Of a DNA stretch of 64,000 bases, positions 19,681 through 30,675 are shown in pieces. The notes beneath the pieces were generated by a model that was given only the letters and a program-made list of their open reading frames with translations, made no database searches and had not been told where the DNA came from. Source of the stretch: Rhodospirillales bacterium (GTDB lineage: Bacteria; Pseudomonadota; Alphaproteobacteria; Bin95); NCBI GenBank assembly GCA_038143065.1, contig JAYQLI010000035.1, positions 2,432,894-2,496,893 on the forward strand, in the 5' to 3' direction. The position numbers and the translations under genes are program-made. Position 1 is the first letter of the stretch; each line of letters opens with the position of its first letter.

Positions 19681-21370
19681 CTATTCTGCATATCTTGGCC
19701 AACGGTTATTGAGTACCTCATAACGGGTCATCATGTGTTTCCCCATTTGCTCTCGATAGATCCAATAATTAGCCATGACTTTTTCAACGAAAACTCGCGT
19801 TTCTCTTGATGGTATTGCCTCAATAAACAGCAGCGGATCGCCGTTCGACTTAACTGACCTTTGCCATCTCCTGAGATTGCCGATACCGGCATTATAAGCG
19901 ATTGCAAGTTCAAAAAGACCGCTATTTACAGCTTCCTTTTCCAGTAGATAGTGAATGTACTTTGATGCTATGGCGATGTTGCTACTTGGGTTAAAAAGTT
20001 GGTCGCGCCGAGCTCCAACAAACTTATTTTTTCCAACTGCATAGTTTGCTGTTGCTGGGAGAAGTTGCATAAGCCCACGAGCACCTGCTGGGCTTACAGC
20101 TCGAGGATTAAACAGAGATTCTTGACGCATAAAGGCATTCAATAGTGCTGGATCAAGGTGTTCAGCTATTGGTGGCTTCCATGATGCAATAGGGTACAGA
20201 CCAGCAGGAACAAATTTACCACCTAATAGTTTGATTTGATTAGCCGCCTTAATGGCAGTCCTGGGCGCCTGATAAGTAATAGCTACTGAGAGGATGATGC
20301 GCAGCAGGTTATCGTTTGCATTATCAACAATTTGATGCATTTCCTGGTCAGCACGCCAGATTTCACCAATCTGTAAAAGTGCGAGAGCTCTTTTGCCTGC
20401 CATAATTTTGGAAAGACTATCAATGTCCGAATCAGTGGCCTGCGAGATTTGCCAATCCAGAGTATTGGGTAAATCTAGCGCTTGTAGAGCTAATTGTCCG
20501 TAGAATGTAAGTTCATGTTGGGCTGCAATTTTCATCCATTGCTCTGCAGCTTTAGAATTATTGTTCGCTTGATGAACTCGCCCAGCCCAGAAGGCCCCAG
20601 CTGCTGCCGTCCAGGAAGTGGCGCCCTCTGCTAGAGCATTGGCTTCAAAATGTTTTAAAGAGTTCCTTATGTCGCCCAAACGAAAAGCTGCAAGTCCTGC
20701 AACCCAGTGAGATTGCCCAACCTTAAAGCCCGAACGCGCGGCTGCTGACGCCGCTAGCTTATAAGCGGTTTTATCTTTGCCGCTCACGAAATATCCCATT
20801 GCCACTCTGGTAGTGAGAATATCTTGCTGGATGTTTGATAGAATTGTTTTTGTTTTTTTACTCTTCAAGAACCGGGCGGCTTGGTCGTTTTTTCCTCTAC
20901 GAACTAACTTTCTAATCTTTTTTTGGATGCCATTCTGTCTACCTGTGAATAGAGCTGGATTTTCAGGACTATCAGTGACCAATGCCGAAATTTTGCGTGG
21001 GTCGAATACTGGTTTTTTGGGATCTTTTGCCTTTGTAGGCTTCCGTTTCATTGCAAGGCTAAATACCCGATAGGCTTCGGGGTGATCTCTGTAATTCTCC
21101 AGCCAATCCCTAAGTTCTGAATATCGAGACCTATAAGCTGTTGGGTGCATGAGCCGCTGAAACTTAGCGTGGCCTAGAAGAACCTTATCCCTAAGCTGAC
21201 GGATTTCTCGGTCGGCCTTTTTAAATTGCCCTTTATCTTGTGTTGAAAAAAATTTTTTTATAGCGAACGACATCTTCACCAGACAGAATATCGAGGATTG
21301 GGGTTGCCATTGAAGGCAATGCAAGCACGATATTAAAAATTAAAAGAACAGGGAAAATCTTAAAAAACAA
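19681..21370 (-). CDS. Soluble lytic transglycosylase (SLT domain), N-terminal frameshift
   Basis: AFMRQESLFNPRAVSPAGARGLMQLLP, AYNAGIG, FIEAIPSRETR. The signal-peptide frame from TTG 21370 joins at the A/T runs near 21246-21259. Confidence 0.88.
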
Positions 21371-21594
21371 TGAATTTCTTCCCGTTCTTACTTTAGCGGA
21401 ACACTATCTCGAATTCTAAAAACAACGCTATGGCTAAGTTTCAGATTCATAATTTTGATCAAGCTAGAAATAAAGTCAAAGCCGCTTTGATTGCCTTGCT
21501 AATGATATTTACAAAAACTAGCTCGTCGCATCATTTAGAGAGTATATAAAATCATTTCTAAAATATCCTTTTAATAGGTTTTGTGGAGACGATA

Positions 21595-22233
21595 ATGATC
21601 AAGGTTTGGGGACGCTCTGATGGTTCAAATGTGATCAAAGCAATGTGGTGTATAGGGGAACTAGCGATAGATTATGAAAGGATAGATTGGGGCGGAAAAT
21701 TTGGTGGAAATGATGACCCAGAGTATCGTCTAAAAAATCCAAACGGTCGTCTGCCTACTATTGAGGAAGAGGATGGTTGGTGTGTCTGGGAATCTGGGGC
21801 AGTAATTCGTTACTTGGCGGCAAAGCATGGGATGGGTGGCTTATACCCCTCTAACCCTCGTGACCGGGCAGATGCTGAGCGCTGGATGGATTGGAGTTCC
21901 CTAAACTTAGCGCCTTTCAACGTTATTTATTTAGATTATTTCTTTCGGTTACCTGCGGAAGAACGCGATATAAAAACCGTGGAAGCAGCAATTCAGAAGA
22001 CAACCCCTTGGTATGATATTTTAGATAAACATCTGGCAGGACGAGACTTTGTAGCTGGTAGCCAACTTACAATAGGTGATATTCCTGCTGGGGTTTTGAC
22101 CCATCGCTGGATAAATTGGACGCCTGGCCAGCGCCCTAATCACCCAAATGTTGAAGCTTGGTACGCCCGCCTTTGTGAACGACCAGCATTCATAGAACAC
22201 GTCATTGAGAAAACTAATAAAACGCCTTTTTGA
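21595..22233 (+). CDS. Glutathione S-transferase family protein
   Basis: MIKVWGRSDGSNVIK, NPNGRLPTI, WESGAVIRYLA, TIGDI. Confidence 0.9.
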   Translation: MIKVWGRSDGSNVIKAMWCIGELAIDYERIDWGGKFGGNDDPEYRLKNPNGRLPTIEEEDGWCVWESGAVIRYLAAKHGMGGLYPSNPRDRADAERWMDWSSLNLAPFNVIYLDYFFRLPAEERDIKTVEAAIQKTTPWYDILDKHLAGRDFVAGSQLTIGDIPAGVLTHRWINWTPGQRPNHPNVEAWYARLCERPAFIEHVIEKTNKTPF

Positions 22234-22277
22234 CTAAGGTACGATAAGGCTAATGCTGCTAGAGGTCAGTGAATTTT

Positions 22278-23159
22278 TTACGGTGCTAACGCCTCAAGAG
22301 CATGGATGATTGGTTCGATATTGCCCTTCTCAATTTCTGAATGATCCATAATAGGTTGTATGGCGACTTGATCGGCACCTGCATCTAAATGTTGCTGAAT
22401 TCTTGACTTAATCTGCTCTACTGACCCCCAAGCAACCATTCCGTCCATAAAACGGTCTGACCCGTTGCCGGATACATCGTCTTCATTATAACCGATGCGT
22501 AACCAGTTATTTCTATAATTGGGCAGCGTCATGTACCGGCTAAGTTCCATACGGGCGAGTCGCCTTCCTTCACTGGGTTCTGCGACCAACGCTACTTTTT
22601 GTTCGACAACAAGCCGCCTATCTGGGCCAATTTTTTGTCTGGCTAAAATGGTGTGATCAGGAGTGACGTTGTAAGGCAGTGCTCCCTGTGCGAGTTCGCC
22701 TGATAATTCAAGCATCTTTGGCCCAAGCGCACCAAGCATGATTGGTAAGCTTGTAGGCTTTTCTAGTTTATGTTGGATCGCATAAATAGCCTCTAGGTAC
22801 ATGCGCATGGCTGATAGAGGTTTTTCATAAACATGACCTCGCGTTCCCTGAACCATAGGAGCATGTGATACACCCAGGCCTAAAGTAAAACGTCCTCCAG
22901 AAATCTCATTAAGAGTTCTTACCCCATTTCCTGCGGAGGCTGGATCTCGGGCGTAAATGTTTGCAATGGAAGAACCTACGTTCATCCGCTCCAACCTATG
23001 GAGTAATGCTGCACCAATCACCATGGATTCAGAAACGGCTGACTCAGGATACCAAAATGTATCGTAATTTAGCTCTTCAGCTTTTTTTGCGATGGTGAAC
23101 CCATTCTCGTAACCTAGTCGATCTAGAGACTGCCAAATACCGAGCTGAGAGGAAAGCAT
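22278..23159 (-). CDS. LLM-class (luciferase-like) oxidoreductase, resembles the probable F420-dependent TIGR03620 family
   Basis: IANIYARDP, GRFTLGLGVSHAPMV, LGALGPKML, VEQKV, YMTLPNYRNNWLRIG, AGADQVAIQ. Confidence 0.8.
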   Translation of the reverse strand: MLSSQLGIWQSLDRLGYENGFTIAKKAEELNYDTFWYPESAVSESMVIGAALLHRLERMNVGSSIANIYARDPASAGNGVRTLNEISGGRFTLGLGVSHAPMVQGTRGHVYEKPLSAMRMYLEAIYAIQHKLEKPTSLPIMLGALGPKMLELSGELAQGALPYNVTPDHTILARQKIGPDRRLVVEQKVALVAEPSEGRRLARMELSRYMTLPNYRNNWLRIGYNEDDVSGNGSDRFMDGMVAWGSVEQIKSRIQQHLDAGADQVAIQPIMDHSEIEKGNIEPIIHALEALAP

Positions 23160-24264
23160 TAGGAAACTCCATTTAAAAACCAGTTGAGTGTGCTCGAGGC
23201 CTCATCTTGAGGGAAGACGTGAGAGCGATCTGTAAGTTCTACGAAAGTTATGTGAGCTCCGCTAGCACGAAAAGCTTCTTTTGCCTGATGGGCAAGTTCT
23301 ATAGGGAACATCCAGTCTCTGGTTCCGTGAACAAGTCTGATAGGTAAGCCGTCCAGCCGGTCACTTGATATAAATTCAAGAAGCATGGGGTGAAAACTGG
23401 CAGAAAACGGAGCAAGGTGGGTGGCGCAGCTATTATTGAAAAGCCCTGACACATAACAAAAAGTTCCACCATCGCTCATTCCTGTCATTAGAACTCTCTT
23501 GCGATCAAGATTTTGGTACTTCTCTACTTCCTCGAGTGCACGATCTAGGGTTGAGCTATCTAAGTCTTCCCCTGCTATTGCCCAAGTTTTGCCGCTTGAG
23601 TTTGGAGCTATCAATACAGTGCCGAATGCACGGGCAGCAGGAAGCCAGTTCCAAATAAAATCTTTACCGTTTCCTTTTCCTCCATGAAGAGCCAGCACCA
23701 CTGGGGCAGCAACAGTGGGGTCCAAATATTCAGGAATATAGACTGTACACTCTGTTTGATTTTTGCTGTTTTGTATCAAGTGTTTTGTGATGCCGCCAAG
23801 CGATGCGTCTTGGTCAGCTGCTGCCTCAATCTTTGCGATAAGATCTTTAGTTTCTCTATATTCTTGAGGAAGATAATATTGGCTGATTGGCGTTGAGATA
23901 TCGGCAACAGTGTAAAGGGTTCGCTCTGCTAATATATGTTCTTTGATGCTACGGTGTGCCCGCCAAAGAGCATCAAACCCATTTAATTCTGCCGCTTCTT
24001 CTAGCCCATTATAAGCATCTAAGGTAGCTGTTGCTGTTCGTTCAATTATGTCTCTAAAGGTTTTAAGTTCGCTTGGCCATTTGCCAGATCTAAGAGAGGC
24101 AAGAGCAGCTTCCAGAGTTTCTGAATTATCCCTGATTGCATTAACGATTAAGTCTATCCTGTAGGGCTCCAAACGCTGACGCGCCCACGTTAGCGTATCC
24201 ATCGCTTGAAGAAGTGGTATCAAGGATGCTGCTATGGTTTCCAGCAGCTCCCTTTTTTAGTCAT
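23159..24264 (-). CDS. Phospholipase/carboxylesterase-family alpha/beta hydrolase with an N-terminal helical extension
   Basis: ALHGGKG, GMSDGG, HGTRDWMF, SH. True start is probably ATG 24264 (TAATG overlap with the upstream gene), with an indel in the A/G run near 24250-24258. Confidence 0.8.
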
Positions 24265-25346
24265 TACGATAGGGCGCTATAAATGAGGCCAAGGAATTCA
24301 TCTGTCTTTTCTGGTTGAAGCCAACGCGAAACCACAACTAAATCGTGCTCCGGGTCTACCCAAATGGAATTGCCGCCCGCTCCAACAGCCTGAAACGGAC
24401 CCTCTGGTGCTCGTGGCATTCGAGCGCGATCAGTGTTCAACCACCATAGCCAGCCGTAAGCCGGATTGACTTCAGAAGGTTTTGGGGCACTTGTAATATA
24501 TCTTTCAGAGATAACTTGTTGGCCATTCCATCGACCGTTTCTTGCCATTAGAAGTCCAATGCGAGCTTGGTCGCGCGCGGAAATAAACATTCCGCCACCC
24601 CAGTGTGCTCCTCCTGAGACTGACTGCATCAGCCTATCGTCAATCTCAATCCAGCTATTGTAATACCCATGCCATTCCCATGTATTGCTCGCGCCAATAG
24701 GGTCCATTATTCGAGTTTTAAATATCTCAGGCAGGGGTTGTTTTATGACTTGAAGAGCGGCCAATGCGAGTCGGTTAACCCGAACATCATTATATTCCCA
24801 ATAACTTCCTGGAGTATTAAGTGGTCGTGCTTCACCCTTTTTAGTATTACGTCCCTTTGCTGCTAGATCACGGTTCCGGTCTACGACATCAGGCTTTCCC
24901 CAAAGCTCGCCTTCCCACTCACTTGCTAGCTGAAGCATATTTCTCCAGGTGATAGGAGCATTTTGAATGCTGTCGAAACCACCATCATTGACAAGCGCAC
25001 CTATAGGTTGGTCTGGATCACTTATAAGTCCGTCGTCCAGAGCAAGACCTATTGTCATCGATATACAGGATTTAGCGCATGAAAATGTCATATCTGGGCG
25101 GCTGGTATCACCCCATTCCGCTACAATTTTACCACCAAGGATGATCAATCCTGCTGGACCGCCGCGTGGACGAACGTGACCAATAATTTCATTCCAGGGA
25201 GGAGGTTCAAAATGTCCTTGGCCAATTACTTGACTGAGATCGCGGGACCAAGATACCTCGTTTGTTTTGGCAAACTGCGAGGCCTCGCCAAATCGTTCTT
25301 GTATTTCTGAGGGCCATTGTGATCCAGGAGGTGGAAATATATTCAT
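24264..25346 (-). CDS. Serine hydrolase, beta-lactamase/AmpC fold
   Basis: SCAK (SxxK), YND (YxN), WGGGMFISARDQARIG, YGWLWW. Confidence 0.88.
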   Translation of the reverse strand: MNIFPPPGSQWPSEIQERFGEASQFAKTNEVSWSRDLSQVIGQGHFEPPPWNEIIGHVRPRGGPAGLIILGGKIVAEWGDTSRPDMTFSCAKSCISMTIGLALDDGLISDPDQPIGALVNDGGFDSIQNAPITWRNMLQLASEWEGELWGKPDVVDRNRDLAAKGRNTKKGEARPLNTPGSYWEYNDVRVNRLALAALQVIKQPLPEIFKTRIMDPIGASNTWEWHGYYNSWIEIDDRLMQSVSGGAHWGGGMFISARDQARIGLLMARNGRWNGQQVISERYITSAPKPSEVNPAYGWLWWLNTDRARMPRAPEGPFQAVGAGGNSIWVDPEHDLVVVSRWLQPEKTDEFLGLIYSALS

Positions 25347-25714
25347 TTCCTATTCTCAAACATTTCAAAATTTAGCTTTGGCGCAGAGCCAAACCAGATG
25401 GGGTAATCTCGGTGATCTTTCAATTCGTTTTCTGTATTGGGGTGAAGGAGGACTGTAAGGCCCTGACGATTTATACAAAACCAAGAAACAATTTCTGCTA
25501 GTTTTTCGTTGGGGATTATGATCTGAAAGCTGCCAAATGGATGGGGGCCTACCGGCTTATCATGCATTCGACCGAGTTGGAGTTTTGGCATGATGCTTTC
25601 AATTTCGTGGTAGAGAGCTTCAGCAGTTTTTTTTGTATCTGCTTCAAAATAAACATGAATATGCCAATCTTGGATCGTCTCTGTAATAAGGGTATCCATA
25701 TCTAAATCTTTCAA
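25343..25714 (-). CDS. DOPA 4,5-dioxygenase family protein
   Basis: WHIHVYF, KPVGPHP, LTVLLHPNT...DH...W.G. Confidence 0.9.
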   Translation of the reverse strand: MKDLDMDTLITETIQDWHIHVYFEADTKKTAEALYHEIESIMPKLQLGRMHDKPVGPHPFGSFQIIIPNEKLAEIVSWFCINRQGLTVLLHPNTENELKDHRDYPIWFGSAPKLNFEMFENRK

Positions 25715-26766
25715 TCTCGGCCAGCTACCACATCACGGATCACAGACAGAGCTAAATCTATACCGCGGGCATCCACATCTAGGTGTGTCACTGCTCTCAT
25801 TAAATCTTTAGGACCATAGCCTGCACCAATCCGGATCCCTTTCTGGAGAAGTTTTTCAGACATTTCATAGTTATCCATACCGGTCGCGGTAGCATCAAAA
25901 AATACCATATTGGTCTCAGGCTCTTCTGGGTCTACTTCAATACCTGGAATTTGCATTAGGCCTTGCGCAAGACGTTTTGCATTGATGTGATCGTCGGCTA
26001 GGCGTTCAACATGATTTTGAAGAGCATAAACGCCGGCAGCAGCTATGATACCCGATTGTCTCATAGCGCCGCCAAATTGGTGTTTCCAGCGCCAACTCTC
26101 TTCAATAAAATCTTTTGATCCAACAAGCACTGCTCCAACAGGACATCCAAGACCCTTCGACAGGTCAATCCAAGTAGAATCACAATTGCTTGCAAATTTT
26201 TGCGCTGAAGTTCCTGTCGCCTCGACCGCATTTAGTAAACGTGCTCCATCCATATGCATTGCAAGCCCATGCCGTTTAGACGCTGCAGCAACATCTTTCA
26301 CTTCATCTAAGGTCCAGCAAGCGCCTCCACCAAAGTTACTTGTTTGTTCAATTGAAACTAATTTTGGTACCGGCCTGTTGTGCTTGTAGGGCTTCATGGC
26401 TTGGTCAACGGAAGTGCCAGAAAAAACTCCTCGGCGTCCGCCATCGAGTTGTGTGATCATACATCCGGAAAGCGCCGCAGGACCGCCAGCCTCTGCATGT
26501 ATGGGATGAGCTAGTTGGTCCATAATTACGCTGTCACCCTGTCGACAATACACGCGATAGGCGATTGCATTGCACATCGTGCCTGAGGGAAGAAACACAG
26601 CGCTCTCATGACCAGTAAGCTCCGCAACCATTTCAATTAGCTTATTAACTGTGGGGTCTTCGCCAGCCTGTTCATTACCCACTTCAGCATTTGCCATTGC
26701 TTGGCGCATGGCATTGGTTGGGCGCGTAATTGTGTCACTATAAAGGTCGACGGCTAGTGCGGTCAT
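25711..26766 (-). CDS. ltaE: Low-specificity L-threonine aldolase (PLP)
   Basis: DLYSDTITRPT, PSGTMCN, HMDGARLLNA, LSKGLGCPVG, GGAMRQSG. Confidence 0.88.
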   Translation of the reverse strand: MTALAVDLYSDTITRPTNAMRQAMANAEVGNEQAGEDPTVNKLIEMVAELTGHESAVFLPSGTMCNAIAYRVYCRQGDSVIMDQLAHPIHAEAGGPAALSGCMITQLDGGRRGVFSGTSVDQAMKPYKHNRPVPKLVSIEQTSNFGGGACWTLDEVKDVAAASKRHGLAMHMDGARLLNAVEATGTSAQKFASNCDSTWIDLSKGLGCPVGAVLVGSKDFIEESWRWKHQFGGAMRQSGIIAAAGVYALQNHVERLADDHINAKRLAQGLMQIPGIEVDPEEPETNMVFFDATATGMDNYEMSEKLLQKGIRIGAGYGPKDLMRAVTHLDVDARGIDLALSVIRDVVAGRD

Positions 26767-26812
26767 TCATGTTTCTCCTGACGGTAAGTCAAAAACAAAT
26801 AGATAGCAGGAC

Positions 26813-28297
26813 TTAACTCGTAGCAGTAATGATTGATTTTAGTTCTGGTGTTGGTCCAGATTTAAGTTGATCAAGATTAGGTATAGGCCTCTGCAATTCG
26901 GGAATGCTTGCTGCCGCTTGTTGTATGGCGTGGGCTGCACCGAGGACGAACGCATCATCTTTCGCAGGACCAATAACTTGCAGACCAAACGGCATGCCCT
27001 TTTCGTCTACGCCCAACGGTATGGAAGCGGCAGGACAGGTAGTTAGCGTTATTCCAAAAGTTGGAGCTAGCCAAGAAAAGTAGGATTTAAGTTTCTCTCC
27101 ATTCATCTCTTCTAGGTAAAGTTGCTCCCAGGGGAAGGGTGAGATCGGCGTTGTTGGTGCTATCAAAAGATCAAATTTATCGAAAAATGCCTCTGTTCGC
27201 CTGTAAAGATTGGTTTGTTCAATTTCTGCTGCGGCAACATCTGCCAAGCTCATACCTGCGCCTTGCTCGTAGTTCGCACGAACATTCGGGCCGAGTAGAT
27301 TAGGGTCTTTTAGATAGGTCTCGGTGTGCCCGGCGACGAAACTCAGTGCTCTTAGAACACTGAAGGTCTTCTCCGCATCACCAAGATCTGGTGTGTCTTC
27401 AATACACTCTCTGAAAAGGCCTTTGATTTTTTGGACTTTGCTGCGAAAAGTTTTCCCATAAGCTTCATCTATATCGGCAAAGCCTAAGTCCGTGGACCAC
27501 GCAACGCTTAAACTACCAAGGTCAACCGGAAGTGGTGTACTTAGATCTCGGGGATCGAGCGCTATGCTTAGTGGGTCACGGGCATCATCAGCAGTTTGCA
27601 TTGCAATTAGCATACAGATGTCTTCGATCGATCGTCCCATTGGGCCGTCAACACTTAAGGGCGACCAACCCTGCACTCGTTTTTGTGTTGGGACGAGGCC
27701 CGGTGTTGGCCGAAAACCTGACACACCACAATAGGCAGCTGGAATACGAAGGGATCCACCCATGTCTGAGCCTGTTGCGAGTGGCATCATCCCGCATGCT
27801 AGGGCTACTGCTGATCCACCTGATGACCCACCCGCGTTTAGAAGTGGATTGAAAGGGTTGCCCGTTGCTCCCCAAACCTGATTTCGTGTATTGGCGCCTG
27901 CGCCGAATTCAGGCGTGTTAGTTTTGCAAAAGACAATTCCACCAGCGCTTTTTATACGGGCTACCATTATATCGTCTTCATTGGGAACGTGGTCTTTGTA
28001 TTGAGTTGACCCGTAGGTTGTTCTTAGTCCAGCCGTATTTTGAAGATCTTTGATGCCAATAGGTAGGCCGTGTAGCGGAGGGAGGTCATCGCCCCGGAGC
28101 ACCATTCTTTCGGCCTCGACTGCCGCTACTCTTGCGCGATCAAAATCGCGAGCGCAGATGGCATTAACTGCTGGGTCAATTTGATCGATACGCTCAATAC
28201 AAGCTTCCAGTAATTCAACGGGCGAAATTTCTTTTGTTCCGATCCGACGCCGTGCTTCTTTAGCCGATAGTTCATTTAAGCTGTCATCAGTCATCAT
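26813..28297 (-). CDS. Amidase-signature family amidase
   Basis: PLHGLPIGIKD, KTNTPEFG, GGSSGGSA, GSDMGGSLRIPAAYCG. Confidence 0.92.
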   Translation of the reverse strand: MMTDDSLNELSAKEARRRIGTKEISPVELLEACIERIDQIDPAVNAICARDFDRARVAAVEAERMVLRGDDLPPLHGLPIGIKDLQNTAGLRTTYGSTQYKDHVPNEDDIMVARIKSAGGIVFCKTNTPEFGAGANTRNQVWGATGNPFNPLLNAGGSSGGSAVALACGMMPLATGSDMGGSLRIPAAYCGVSGFRPTPGLVPTQKRVQGWSPLSVDGPMGRSIEDICMLIAMQTADDARDPLSIALDPRDLSTPLPVDLGSLSVAWSTDLGFADIDEAYGKTFRSKVQKIKGLFRECIEDTPDLGDAEKTFSVLRALSFVAGHTETYLKDPNLLGPNVRANYEQGAGMSLADVAAAEIEQTNLYRRTEAFFDKFDLLIAPTTPISPFPWEQLYLEEMNGEKLKSYFSWLAPTFGITLTTCPAASIPLGVDEKGMPFGLQVIGPAKDDAFVLGAAHAIQQAAASIPELQRPIPNLDQLKSGPTPELKSIITATS

Positions 28298-28319
28298 GTA
28301 TCTCTCGTTTGTTTGCTTT

Positions 28320-30594
28320 TTATTTTTGGTCGTATGTTTGAGCTTCAACGGAAGCAATCGCTGTCATGTTCAAGACCGTGCGGGCTGTAGCGGATGGGGT
28401 CAACACGTGAGCTGGTTGTGCAACACCCAAGAGAATTGGTCCAATATGCAAACCATCAGCTGCGCGTTTAGCAAAATTAAAAGCAATGTTGGCAGCATCG
28501 AGTGTTGGCATAATTAAAAGGTTGGCAGCCCCCTCTAACTTCGCCGATGGTAAAATGCGCTTTCGAATTTCCTCATCGATTGCTGCGTCGGCGTGCATTT
28601 CGCCCTCGACCTCAAAGTCAAGTTTCATTTCGTTTAATACAGTCATTGCTTTCTGCATTTTTGAAGCAGACTCACTGTCACGACCACCAAAATTAGAATG
28701 TGAAACTAATGCTACCTTTGGAGTCATTCCAAAGCGCGCTAGCTCGCTGGCGGCAAGCAATGTCATCCGAACAATATCATCTGAAGAGGGGTCATTATTC
28801 ACATAGGTATCGCATATGAAATAAGCGCCTGATGGCATTATCAGACCGCTCATTGCTGCGAGCTGCTGCACGCCAGGTGCTTTACCTATTACCGCATCAA
28901 TCAGGTTTAGTTGTTGCGCATAGGCACCATTTAATCCGCAAATCATCGCATCGGCATCACCGCGTCTGACCGCAATAGCAGCTATAGCAGTTGGATCAGA
29001 TCTAATAGCAAGCCTAGCAGCGTCTGGTGTTACACCCCTTCTTCCCATTAAATTGTGGTATGTTTCCCAATAATCTCGATAACGATCATCGTGCTCTGGA
29101 TTGATTAATTCAAAGTCTTCTCCAGCACGAATACGAAGTCCTAATCGAGTTAACCTAGATTCTACTACGCGAGGCCTTCCAATCAGAATTGGTTTTGCAA
29201 CGCCTTCATCAATTGCAGCCTGTGCTGCGCGCAAAACGCGTTCATCCTCGCCTTCAGCAAATATTACTCGTTTAGGTACTTCTCTTGCTCTCTCAAATAC
29301 TGGTTTCATGATTAAGCCAGAGCGGAAGACAAATGAATTTAGCCTTGCCTCGTATGCCTCCCAATCCTCAATTGGGCGTCTGGCTACACCGGTCTCACAC
29401 GCAGCTTTAGCAACTGCTGGTGCTATTTTTAGAATTAAGCGCGGATCGAAAGGCTTTGGGATGATATAGTTTTGTCCGAAGGATAATTGCTCTCCCCATA
29501 GGCGGCCTGAACATCTTCAGACTGTTCTGCCATGGCTAGATCCGCAATTGCTCTGACGGCAGCCAGCTTCATTTCTTCGTTAATCTCTGTGGCGCCTACG
29601 TCCAAAGCCCCTCTGAAGATAAAGGGAAGCACAAAACATTGTTAACTTGGTTAGGGTAGTCGGAACGGCCCGTCGCAACCATGGCATCAGACCTTACTTG
29701 GCGGACTGTTGCAGGATCAATTTCTGGATTTGGATTGGCCAATGCGAGAATCAATGGATCAGCCGCCATCTCTTCAACCATTTCAGCCTTCAGAACGCCT
29801 TTTGCCGATAGGCCTAAGAAAACATCTGTGTTTGGTATTACTTCGGCTAATGTACGCTTGTTAGTAGGTTGCGCGTAAGCAGATTTCCATTCGTCCATTT
29901 CTTGCTGGCGACCTTCAAACACCACCCCAGCTATATCAGTTACCCAAATGTTTTCCTTCTTGATACCAAGTTTCACAAGTAAGTTAAGGCAAGCGATAGC
30001 TGCCGCACCGGCACCAGAAGCCACTAATTTAACCTGACCAGGATCTTTCCCAACGAGGCGCAGGCCGTTCAAAATTGCTGCTGCGACTATGATGGCGGTG
30101 CCGTGTTGATCATCATGGAATACAGGGATCGACATGCGGCGACGAAGTTCTTGTTCAATAATAAAGCACTCAGGGGCTTTAATGTCCTCTAAGTTAATAC
30201 CACCGAAGGTGGGCTCAAGTGCGGCTACAACATCACAAAATCGCTCTGGGTCGTTAGCATCCACCTCTATGTCAAATACGTCGATCCCCGCAAATTTCTT
30301 AAAAAGAACTGCTTTACCTTCCATAACGGGTTTGGATGCAAGCGGGCCAATTGCACCGAGCCCAAGTACAGCTGTACCGTTGGACACGACACCTACTAAA
30401 TTGCCCCTGCTAGTAAGGTTTGCTGCCTCTTCAGGATTATCCAAGATAGCTTCGCAAGCGGCGGCTACTCCTGGAGAATAGGCAAGAGCTAGATCGCGTT
30501 GTGTGCCAAGCGGCTTTGTTGCTTGGATAGATAGTTTTCCCGCTGGAGCGCGCCGGTGATATGCAAGTGCGGCAGCTTTCAATGCATCGACCAT
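28320..30594 (-). CDS. maeB: NADP-dependent malic enzyme with phosphotransacetylase-like domain, two frameshifts
   Basis: [54 protein letters not shown]; PTA domain [16 protein letters not shown]. Confidence 0.93.
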
Positions 30595-30675
30595 GCTGCT
30601 TAAAACTCCATTATCCCTGTTACTTAAGTGAAAAGATTCATTTGTTAAATCGAATTTAAGCTTTAATCCCGCTTA

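Noticed and set aside
24264-25346. Antibiotic-resistance beta-lactamases (this gene and the MBL gene at 53288-54142)
   Set aside because: Neither has a signal peptide and both sit in catabolic contexts; they are fold relatives only.
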